Under the pieces are notes generated by a model, which was given only the letters and a program-made list of their open reading frames with translations, did no database searches and was not told where the DNA came from. Shown here piece by piece: positions 38,517 to 48,860 of a stretch of 64,000 bases of DNA (its first letter is position 1; each line of letters opens with the position of its first letter). This stretch comes from Guillardia theta CCMP2712 (taxonomy: Eukaryota; Protista; Cryptophyta), in the NCBI RefSeq assembly GCF_000315625.1, contig NW_005434666.1, forward strand, positions 741,869-805,868. The letters run 5' to 3'. The position numbers and the translations under genes are program-made.

Positions 38517-39998
38517 ATGGACATGGGAGCGCGGAGGGGAGCGATAACAGCGATAGCGATGATGCTGTCTACAACGCCTCCTCATGCCTTCTGGAGTGAT
38601 AGAGCCATGATCAGCCTCCGCCCGCCCTCCTTTCTACGACCAGCATGCAACCTCTTGCCAACAAGACCATCGTTGGGAACCCTGACTATGCGCGTGCAAA
38701 GAAAGGTGCAGGTGGAGGGCCAGACGAGCGGTGGGGCTGAGTCAGGCAGCAAGAGGCTCAGACGCCCCAGTAACTGGTGGCAAGACATAAATCAAGTCAA
38801 GGAGGAGCTCGTGGCTTTCTGCGAGGCGCACAACCTTCCCGTGGAAGTCCTCCCTTCGGAAAGAGAGTTCAGATCGTATCCTGGCGGGATGCACGTGATA
38901 CATGCCATCAGAAAGCATGGCGGGTTTGTCAAATTCGGAGAGTTGGTTGAGATCCCTGCACGCAGACCGCGTGAGTCGCCTCCGAGAACACAGAGAAGGA
39001 AGACGACAGGTAGAGACGAATACGGCCGTTTCTCGGAAGAGCTTGTTTTCCAGGAGCATCTCCTCAACTACTCAAAGACAATCGAGACATGGAACTGGAA
39101 AGTGTTGCCCTCTAACGCAGACCTCAAAGAGAATGGCAGAAAAGACCTCATAAACGCCATTTACAGATATGGAGGGCGGTATATCGATAAAGCTCAGTTT
39201 TCCGAATATGCTGATGTATGATGACAGAAAACACATCGCGAAGAAATTCGGTCTTCTTCTCACGACTGAATTCAAGTGCGAATGATTGTTTTTTAATTAT
39301 GAGTGTCACGTCTTAGCAAATGATTAGCGAGCAATTCTTTTCGATGTACAGGCGAATTCGCTGATCTTGGTGGTTTTGATCAGTTATTTGGTGGAATTCT
39401 ATCACCTCCTCAAGGAGTTGAGATCGTATCAAGAAGAGAAACAACAACTCGGAAAGGTTTGTCTTGGATGTGCTCAATGATTCGAGACTTCTTAACTGCC
39501 GATTGCGGGCTTCTAGATGCCTTCATTCAAGCAGTTGATTGCTAACGGCAGACAAGACCTTGCACGGATGATATGCAAGCACGGGGGGCAGGTGAAAGTT
39601 TACATGCTCAGATGGACAGCGATTGATGCATCATCTAGAATGTCTTGGCTGCAAGACTTGATCTACAGTTGGACAGGCCCAGAAAACCATACCTCGTCTG
39701 GGGTCAGTTCAGTATCGATTTCGCCATAGATCTCATCGAGATAGCAGGAGTGAGCATCATGGGAACATCTCTTTTTCTTGCTAAAATGCATACACTCCAG
39801 CAACACAGTCAAGACATCGGAAGGACAGAGCGGATCTTGATGCCCAACGCAACAACATTACAGTCGATTCATCGAGCTGATCTAATTGAGAAGGCGAGCA
39901 TTGCGCTTGAGGCGTCTTTCTGTGACACGCCTCTCCAGATCGAAATGTACGGAGGCTTTGTAGACGTTGCAAGGCGAATCGGATTGGATCCAGATTAG
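38517..39998 (+). CDS. Plastid-targeted protein with helical repeats (MP..L..GR.DL..I..GG), similar to N-terminal repeats of plant PTST-like proteins
   Basis: Signal-like GAITAIAMML followed by HA-F (bipartite-type presequence); four repeats LPSEREF..AIRKHGG, LPSNADLKENGRKDLINAIYRYGG, MPSFKQLIANGRQDLARMICKHGG and MPNATTL..RADLIEKIEMYGG. Confidence 0.65.
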
Positions 39999-40110
39999 GC
40001 TACTTTCCTTCGTTTGCTCTTTCACCCACATCAAACTTTGCAATACAAGATTGATCGCAAACAAAGTGGAAACTATTTTTACTGTTTCAGCCACGCCTTG
40101 ACAGACAGCA

Positions 40111-40155
40111 CTCCCCTCCCCTCCCCTCCCCTCCCCTCCCCTCCCCTCCCCTCCC
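40111..40155. repeat. (CTCCC)n pentamer repeat
   Basis: Directly visible. Confidence 0.9.
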
Positions 40156-40542
40156 CTCCCCTCCCCTCCCCTCCTCTACTCGATTCTACTGGCTGTCCCT
40201 TTTGCTCTCTGAGGTTCATATTGCGAGGGTAGACATGAAGGGGTACTAAATCGTAAGGGGTGGTGAGAAGAGGATAAGAAGGGGTTAAATTCAAGTAAAT
40301 TGGAGGGTGGGGGTTCAATTGAAGGAGGTTGTGAATGTCTGAACAAGAAATCAAATGGGGTAGGGTAGGTGAGGTTGAGGCTGTTCGGGAAAGACAAGAA
40401 TGGTGGGCAAGCGGAAGCGAACAGCAAGCGAGATAAGAAGGTGAGATCGCAGTGACATGCACATGAACAAGGAGCATCATCTACATCCGTCGTCAGATGA
40501 TGAGCAGGAGCAGCAAGATGAGGAGGGTTGGGTGGAGGGGAT

Positions 40543-40590
<48 letters not shown>

Positions 40591-40881
40591 CAAGTCAACG
40601 TAAATGAAATTGCAGATTCAAGGGCTGTGTAGATTAAAGAGAAGAATACGCAGAAAGCGATGACAAGGGGGAAAGAATTGCTATGATGATAGAGGAGGGA
40701 TCGAACTAAAGGGCTAAAGACTAAAGCTCCTCTGGCAGTTTCTGCAACTCTGCCGGTTTTGCAAATAAGTTTGAAGACTGGGAAGACGATGAGCTAGTTG
40801 AGATCGATTTTAATCAACTGCTCGCGATCGGTTTCACTAGTGATCAAGCTGCTCGAGTCACCTGCAAGATAAGGTGCTTGC

Positions 40882-42057
40882 TTGTGTTCAATTTCAAACT
40901 CAAACTGTGACCTCGGAAGAGCATTGAAGAAGGAGGAGGAAAGAGTCAGGCCCCTGAACCAGCAACTGCACAATTTCGCTCGAACGGGATTTCGGGTAGC
41001 AGAGGAAAGAAAGAAGAGAAGAAAACTCACTGTAGACTCAGAGGGTGCAAGGACTCTTCTTCTCCCACAAAGAATCGCTCATCGGTGAGATCGATCGCCT
41101 TCTACGTGAAGGTGCTCAAGTCAACTCTGTCGATGAGGTTGATCCTCCTGCTCTTCTCCCGCTCTCTTCATCTCAAACGCAGCTGGGCGAGACAGCATTG
41201 CATGGAGCATGCAAAGGAGGTCACAGAGACATCGTAGCGAGGTCTGTCTTGCTGTGCCTTGCTGTGCTCATCCTGCTTGCCAGGTTGCTGCAAGCGGGCG
41301 CAGACATCAACGCCATGAGCGTGCATGGCAAGAAGCCTGACGTCATGCCGCATCTCCCGCTCATTGCGGTCCTCTCCTTCCTCATCCCTCTGACTCTCTT
41401 GACGCGGGGCAGGTGGCTGAGCGTGGGCCCTTGGAGGTGGTCCGAGCGCTGATAGAAGGCGGAAGCAACCTGAACCAGCAGGACGACATGGGTCACACGC
41501 CTCTGCACCAGGCAGCCAAGGCTGGGAACTTGGAGGTGGTGGAGTTGCTGGTGGCCAAGGTGACTTGCCGCCCTCCTCCTCGTCTCTCACGCACACTGAG
41601 GGATGCGACGTTGACCGACACGACAAGCGCGGGCGGACGGCGCTGCATGTGGCAGCAGCAGAGGGTCATTTGAAGTGCACCAACTTCCTGCTGGAGCACG
41701 TGAGCATGCTCCTCTCCTACCGCTCTCATAACTTGACGCGGAAGGGAGCCAACGTGAACGCGCGTACGGATGCAGGAACGACCGCTCTCCATTGGGTGGC
41801 TGTGCTGGGGTGCCAGGTGAGAAGCCACATGAGTTCTTGGATGACAAGGGGAGCAGAAGACGGCCAAGGCTCTGCTGGAGCATGGCGCAGAAGTGAACTC
41901 GAGGAACAATGAGGGGTGAGAGCTTCTCCCTCCCTCTCTCGCTGACGGCTCTCACAGCTTCACCCCCCTCGACAGAGCGACAGACGAGGAGATGCGGAAG
42001 CTGCTCAAGGAGCGAGGAGGACGAGAGTCTCTGGGCTGGTGGTCCTTCAAGTCGTGA
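40882..42057 (+). CDS. Ankyrin-repeat protein, multi-exon
   Basis: GETALHGAC, LLQAGADIN, GHTPLHQAAKAGNLEVVELL, GRTALHVAAAEGH, GTTALHW, GFTPLD; TGA at 42055-42057; start uncertain. Confidence 0.9.
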
Positions 42058-42354
42058 AGCTGTGCAGGCACAACAAGGTTGACGCTGCCATGCTCGGCCG
42101 TTCCAAGAAAATTTCGATTATGAAGAATTTAATCGTGAAAAAGAAGAGACCCCTCACCCGCCCTCAACATCTTCTTTCTGGCTTCTTGTCTCATCAGCCT
42201 AGCGATCTTGCACTTGACTTGTAAAGACTTAATTGCTCACGTCGTCGAGCTCCTCTTCACCCTCAGAGTCTCACTGCTCAAGCTGCCGACGCGTCTTCGC
42301 TCTCCTGTTTCATCTGCCAAGCCTGTCAAGTCTCTGCCGACAGCAGCAGCATCA

Positions 42355-45200
42355 TCAAGCCCCTACGTCCTTCATCATGGCCTCGTTCTCGCTCTTAGTC
42401 TCCACACTGCCTTCAGAGCGCTCGCGCACCTGTCACTCCTTCACTTCTCCTCCTCCTCCTCCTCCTCCTCCTCCTCCTCCTCCTCCTCCTCCTCCTCCTC
42501 CTACAGTCACCATGGAGGCGAAGATGTGCTGGAGAAATCCGGCGGCTCCGAGCAGAAACGCGCAAACGAGGAAGACAGAATCATCTGAAACGGTTCCTGG
42601 AGCAGCGAGTGAAAACAAAGAGGTACAATTGCTGCAAGCACCTAAGTTAGAGAGGACGAAGATGACGATGAGGTTGAGAGGAATGCGGAAAAAGTTGTAG
42701 ACAGTTGCGCGGACCTAAGGGTTCAGTTCAACGACAGGAGAAGACCGGAGAACACGGGAGGGGAAGAAAGAGGAAGACGAGAGAAGAAGAGCACGAGCAC
42801 GAGGGCATGGCGATCATTGCGGTAGCTTTGGTGGAGGTGGAGGAGGTTGTGGTTGAAGAGCGGTTCCGGTGAGGGGAATAAGGATGGGATTGCTTAGAGT
42901 TTCGTGCTGTACCTCTTCAGGAACATATTTGGACTTGATTGTCGCCATGCTCGGCCAGTAGACTCCACAGATCAACTGCAAAGGTTGAGAAATAGAGAGG
43001 GCGGGGGGAGGGGCAACGGCAGGTCACCTCGAAGAGGAAGAAGCAGAAGAGAGTGATGTATGCGTTGATTCCAGCCATCGCCGGCACCCCCAGGCATACA
43101 GCAGCGAGCAGGAAGACTTCGCGCATGAAGACCTGCAGCCAGTGAGAGGAAGATGAGGCTGGTGAGGCCGCAGCTACCACAGGAGGTCCCCGCAGGGTTG
43201 TGATGCTCTTGACGAGGCTCGAGCCGATGACCATGCAAGCCATGAAGCAGCCGAACACCTTCAATGGGGCTAAGGGGCAGCTGGACGACAAGTGAAGCCT
43301 ACCTGGCCGTGTGGCAGAGGCTTGAAGAGAGGTTCAAGCTTCGGCGTCCACATGAACACCTTGTAACAGCTCAAGTCAATGTCTTGCTTGCCCTCTATCA
43401 ATTCGTGCAAACACGCACAAAGATGTACATCGCGCCTTCGAAGCATGACCTGTGACGCAGATTAGAGCGTGAAAGAGACCAATTCAAATATCACTGAGCC
43501 ATTCCCAAGACTAAAATCTTAGGATCTCTCTTGAAAATTTCAATCGCTGCCTGAGCATTCAGATCAATGAGTGATCTCGATTAGCCATCTTGTCCTTGTC
43601 GTTGATCTCACTTGAACTTTCCCATTGTCGTCGTAGCGACCAGAAGCGAGAGAAGACTCTCCCTTGTTTTCAGCCCAAGTAAACCAGATGACCTGCGATC
43701 AACTCAACCTCCATTATCCTGTACATTCTTCATCACGCTTTACCGCCATGGCCAGCGCGAGGAAGACAATGGCGAGGTCGAAAGGTGCGACCAGACTGTG
43801 AGGAATGGGGATGTGAGGCGAGAAGAGCAGGGAGGCAACAGACCTGTCGAAAGAATCCCTCACAAGAGCTCCAAGCCATCCAGCAGCGATGGCAACGATC
43901 CCATTCCCAACCGTCGCGAGGGAGAAAGTCTGGCTCAACCACTGGACGACAAGCGTCATGTCAACAGAGAAATAGGGAAGTCAGCTTGTACACCTCGGAA
44001 GGATAGAAATGTTTTCCGTGCTCCGCCACCATCCAAGATTCGAAGGACGAGAAGAGAATTGACGTAGCAATTCCACCTGCGAATCTCATCTCACAATCTG
44101 AACTGGAAGTATCCATCTACTGCAACAACGTACCAGTTAATCGTCCAAACAAGAGGACGTTGAAGTTGGGAGAGTGCTTGGTCAAACAAGATACCTGAAA
44201 AATTGCTTCATCAGAAGAAGTAGATCGTGATTTGTCAGTCCAATCTTACAATGTAAGTCACACAGTATACTAGACATGAAAGTTTTCGCCCATATCTGAA
44301 CTTGAAAATCAAATGCGTCTAGTTCATACTCTAACCAGCACTTGTCTGCGAATGATCCAGCGAATACGCCGAACACCGCACTGCTACCAAACCCGACGAT
44401 AAAGAGCACTCCAATCTGTTCTTCAGATTTACATGCTAACACGCTCATCTCATCTGATTCAACCTCCTTCTTGGTGAACTTGTAGTAATCGTATAGCGCA
44501 TAAACGTAAGGTCCTTGCAACCTGAACGGTCTGATCACTCGGGTTACCTCCAAGAGAGTATCTTACCAATCAGCCATAACAGAGCAGAAGTAGACCACCA
44601 GATATAACCGTTGGAACTTCTTGAAGTCAGACTAGGCCAAGTGTCAGAAGGAACACCTATTGCTGTTGCTGAAGATAGGAGAATCTCAGGGTGAAGATGA
44701 AAAGAAGAGGATGAAGTCCAGAAAGGAAGAGGCTCCTCTTGTCTAACGTACCGTGGTGGGTGATCCTGCAGTCTTTGAACGATTCTGAAGAAAAGCAGGT
44801 GAAATTAGCGTGTCGTTGCTTTCAATGAGCGCTACAACAGGCCAGCAACCAGCAAGCCAGCGAGCCAAGAGGGAAGGTAACAAGGGAGGGAGGGGGAGGG
44901 GAGCAGGAACATGATAGCCGTATCGCATAAATGAATGTCGCTGCGAAGGACAGAGGACGGCTGCTCCAGCATAGCCGCTCTCTTCGTCCGGTCAGCTGGG
45001 CATCGCCCTCCAGGGGCAGTAGTGAGGAGAGGAGGGGAGAGGAGGGGAGAGGAGGGGAGAGGAGGGGAGAGGAGGGGAGAGGAGGGGAGAGGAGAGGAGG
45101 ACGGGATGAGGAACGAGGGAGGGGAGGCAGGTCATGCCTGCGCCAGCTGAATCGCCGCATAGAGGCCGCAGAGCGCGAAGAAAAGAAAGTCGAAGAGCAT
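42355..45200 (-). CDS. MFSD5: Molybdate-anion transporter MFSD5/MOT2 (DUF791), multi-exon
   Basis: MLFDFLFFALC..., YLVVYFCSVMADWLQGPYVYALY, IGVLFIVGFGSSAVFG, ADKYGRK, HSPNF, WLSQTFSLA..GNGIVAI, APFD, FEGAMYIFVFMWTP; stop at 42357-42355. Confidence 0.93.
45025..45100. repeat. (GGAGAGGAGG)n decamer repeat in the first MFSD5 intron
   Basis: Directly visible. Confidence 0.9.
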
Positions 45201-46913
45201 GGCGCTGCTGGATCCTAGGGCTGGCGGGTGGATTGAACACAAGGGGTACTTCAATAGTAGAGGTGGGTTTATTTCACACGGGTGTATTCCTCTGCAAGGA
45301 CAGGGTAAAGGTAGGGTAGGGTGGGTCTTTGAACAGATCATGGTAGGGGTCTCAGATGAAGGGGGGTGAGTGACGAAGCAATGGGTTGTGTCACATGTAT
45401 CCATGACGATACTACCATCATTATTACTTACGGAAAGTACCGTACCGTCAGTGACACCCTGAAACCTGGCTTCTGGACTCCGACGCCGGGTCCGGCCCGC
45501 CCGGCGCACACAGCAATACAAGTTTAAGTTTGGGGGACAGCAAAAGCCAAGCCGGAGCCTCACAGCCTGCCTGATGATGCAGGACGCTACGTGGTACACA
45601 TCCCTGGTCTGCGCGCTCTCGTCGACTCGTCTCATGAGCACTTCAGTAAGTTCCTCCGCCTGCGCAGCGCAATGTGACTGTGATCCTCTTGTCATGCGGA
45701 AGTTTCCTCGCCTTGACGTTTACTGTGCATAGGATTTACTGGCAGAAGGTAAAAAGTGCCTCAAGCAAAACAGAGCAGGAACAAGCTAAACCTCCAGGCA
45801 CACAGTCCACAGCGAGAAGCTGCACAAACACACACAAAACACAAGCCCGAAAAGAACCAGCACTGCTGGCACCCAGACGCGGCACCGCCAGCCCAAGCGC
45901 GAAGCCGCGCAGACAAGCAGCCTAAGGGTCAGGCAATCAAGCAACAAGCAGCAGGAGCATGCAGGAGGAATAACATCCCTTAGACGCGATACCCGGAGGC
46001 AGCCGACTGACCACTGTCAGTCGAGACGTCCGCTGCCGCCACAAAGCGGGCGGCCGCGGACGGAGAAAGGGCAGCCGCCGACAAGGAGCCGGCGTTGCCC
46101 GGGGGTCCGCCTGGGGCAGCGGACGGAGGGAGGCTGGACACATGAACATCTGGGGCATAGGATTTACTGGCAGAAGGTAAAAAGTGCCTCAAGCAAAACA
46201 AAGCAGGAACAAGCTGAACCGGCAGGCACACAGTCCACAGCGAGAAGCTGCACAAACACACACAAAACACAAGCCCGAAAAGAACCAGCACTGCTGGCAC
46301 CCAGACGCGGCATCGCCAGCCCAAGCGCGAAGCCGCGCAGACAAGCAGCCTAAGGGTCAGGCAATCAAGCAACAAGCAGCAGGAGCATGCAGGAGGAAGA
46401 AAATCCCTTACACGCGATCTGGTATCTGGCGGACATCACTGCTCAGCGCTCGATGCCTCTTGAGGATGCGGCGCTTGGTCGGCACTTCGTTCCTGATGAC
46501 GGCCTGCTGCTGAGGTCTTGGCTCGAGAGACATAGGATTTACTGGCAGAAGGTAAAAAGTGCCTCAAGCAAAACGCGCCGCCACCTATCAGCGCCTCACC
46601 ATGCAGCTGACGCTGGAGGCGCTCCTGTCTGGTGCGAGGCGCATGACGCCCTTGCGGGCGCAAGCTTATTACGGATTTACTGGCAGAAGGTAAAAAGTGC
46701 CTCAAGCAAAACAAAGCAGGAACTTCTCGAGCCAGAGGACAGCTCCTCCTCGGACTTTGTCGACGGTCGCCCGAGGAGTCTTCGCCAGAGGTCCAGAGTG
46801 GAGTCGACGCGCCCACTGTGACGTCGGATGCCTCCGGAGAGCTCGACACCACTGGCTAAATGGATTTACTGGGGTGCTTGCTGGTCCGAGCTCACCTGCC
46901 TCCGCAGCCGGTC

Positions 46914-48860
46914 GGATTTACTGGCAGAAGGTAAAAAGTGCCTCAAGCAAAACAAAGCAGGAACAAGCTGAACCGGCAGGCACACAGTCCACAGCGAGAA
47001 GCTGCACAAACACACACAAAACACAAGCCCGAAAAGAACCAGCACTGCTGGCACCCAGACGCGGCACCGCCAGCCCAAGCGCGAAGGGTCAGGCAATCAA
47101 GCAACAAGCAGCAGGAGCATGCAGGAGGAAGAAAATCCCTTAGACGCGATACCCGGAGGCAGCCGACTGACCACTGTCAGTCGAGACGTCCGCTGCCGCC
47201 ACAAAGCGGGCGGCCGCGGACGGAGAAAGGGCAGCCGCCGACAAGGAGCCGGCGTTGCCCGGGGGTCCGCCTGGGGCAGCGGACGGAGGGAGGCTGGACA
47301 CAGGAACACGGTACCGCTCGAGGTAGTCCTCCTCGCTAGCCTCCGAGTCAGCGGTAGCCGAGTCAGCGGTAGCCGCCCGTGACGGCGGCGACGCCGCGGC
47401 AATGCCCAAGGACCGGCGTGACCCGACCGATGCCGGGGAGGAAGCAGGCGAGCTCGGACCAGCAGCAAGCACCCCAGTGGTGTCGAGCTCTCCGGAGGCA
47501 CCCGACGTCACAGTGAGGGACGGAGACGCCTCGCCAGCTCCGCGCCGATCGTCGGGGCCACTCGAAGGGTGTCCCCCATCGGAGTCGGAGACCTCCGGCG
47601 AAGACTCCTCGGGCGACTCGACAAAGTCCGAGGAGGAGCTGTCCTCTGGCTCGAGGAGTGCTTGCGCCCGCAAGGGCGTCATGCGCCTCGCACCAGACAA
47701 GAGCGCTTCCAGCGTCAGCTGCATGGTGAGGCGCTGATAGGTGGCGGCGCGTTTGCGAGCCAAGACCTCAGCAGCAGGTCCGTCATCAGGCACGAAGTGC
47801 CGACCAAACGCCGCATCCTCAAGAGGCATCGAGCGCTGAGCAATGATGTCCGCAAGATACCAGATGAAGCGGAGGGTGTCAGGATGCAGGGTACCGTCCG
47901 TCGAGATGGCAAGAGGGATGAACGCTCGAGGAGGAGTAGTCATAGCATATGCAGCGCGATGTTTGCGAATCTTCTCAGACGCTGCAACATGGAGGGCGTC
48001 GAGGTTGACCTCCCCCCACTTGGTCAGGTCGGCAGAGCTACCAATGTAAGGGTGGACCAACGTCACGTCCGCCATCAAGCCCTCGTACTGCTCGGACCCT
48101 CGATCGCGGATTCCAGGGATGTGGATATCGCCCTTCATCTTGCGGCCATGAGGATGGGAGGGTACCTGCCGTCGAGAACGAGGATCCCCCACTGTATCGA
48201 TGACGCTCTGAAGACCAGCTTCGTTCAGCATCGACCGAATCGTACGAGTAAGGTTGTCATGCGCCGTTGGAAGCTTGGAGGATCGGCGTTTGCAGGTCTG
48301 GAGATGATGTGCAGCAACGGAGGGGTCGAGCTCGCGCTGACATCCATCACATTCCGTCGGACACTGGCAGATCGGCATGTCATGGAGATAGCAGTCGAGC
48401 ATCTGAGCATAGCGGTGCGGGAAGGCCTTGAGGGGGTACCCATAGGATTTACTGGCAGAAGGTAAAAAGTAGTAGCTCGAGACTCGCATCGGAGAGTGGC
48501 TCAGGTCTCGCTCAGGAAAATGAGCGAAGATGGTAGACTGCAAGACCCTATCCTGCGACTTGAGCGAGTGTGTCCTGCGGCTGTGCAAGGTGAGGATATC
48601 ACGCTGCTGATCGGTCAGCGCAGCGCGAGCATGCACATGGCGAGGGAAGACGCGCATGACAAGAGGGGTCACATTTCGCTGCGCAGGCGGAGGAATGAAG
48701 TGCTCATGAGACGAGTCGACGAGAGCGCGCAAACCAGGGATGTGTACCACAGATGCCGGGGGGCGTCCTGCGTCATCAGGCACAGCAGCCGGGGCAGGTG
48801 GGATCGCCGCGCCATCTGCAGCCGGTGCAGGAGCCTTGACACTCCGATGCCGCACAGCCC
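46914..48860 (-). mobile_element. Longest copy: 5'-truncated RLE-type (CRE/R2-group-like) non-LTR retrotransposon, C-terminal ORF part plus ~225 bp 3' UTR
   Basis: ORF ends at 47140. It has a zinc knuckle CDGC..HLQTC (48292-48351), HDNL, KGDI, ADVTLVHP, EKIRKH and FIPLAISTDG, which is the order of RLE motifs. No RT catalytic motif is seen. Confidence 0.8.
47140..48860 (-). CDS. Zinc knuckle + restriction-like PD-(D/E)xK endonuclease with long Ser/Ala/Pro/acidic tail (partial ORF)
   Basis: Part of the 585-aa ORF 47140-48897; its first ~12 codons come from an adjacent opposite-strand fragment, so the listed start is probably fortuitous. Confidence 0.75.

Noticed and set aside
45732-45757. 26-mer as a spliced-leader exon plus donor (…GAAG|GTAAA), attractive because CRE/SLACS elements target SL genes
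   Set aside because: No Sm-site-like U-tract follows on +, the motif is contiguous with the element 3' UTR, and I cannot verify the organism's SL sequence. A search of mRNA 5' ends would settle it.
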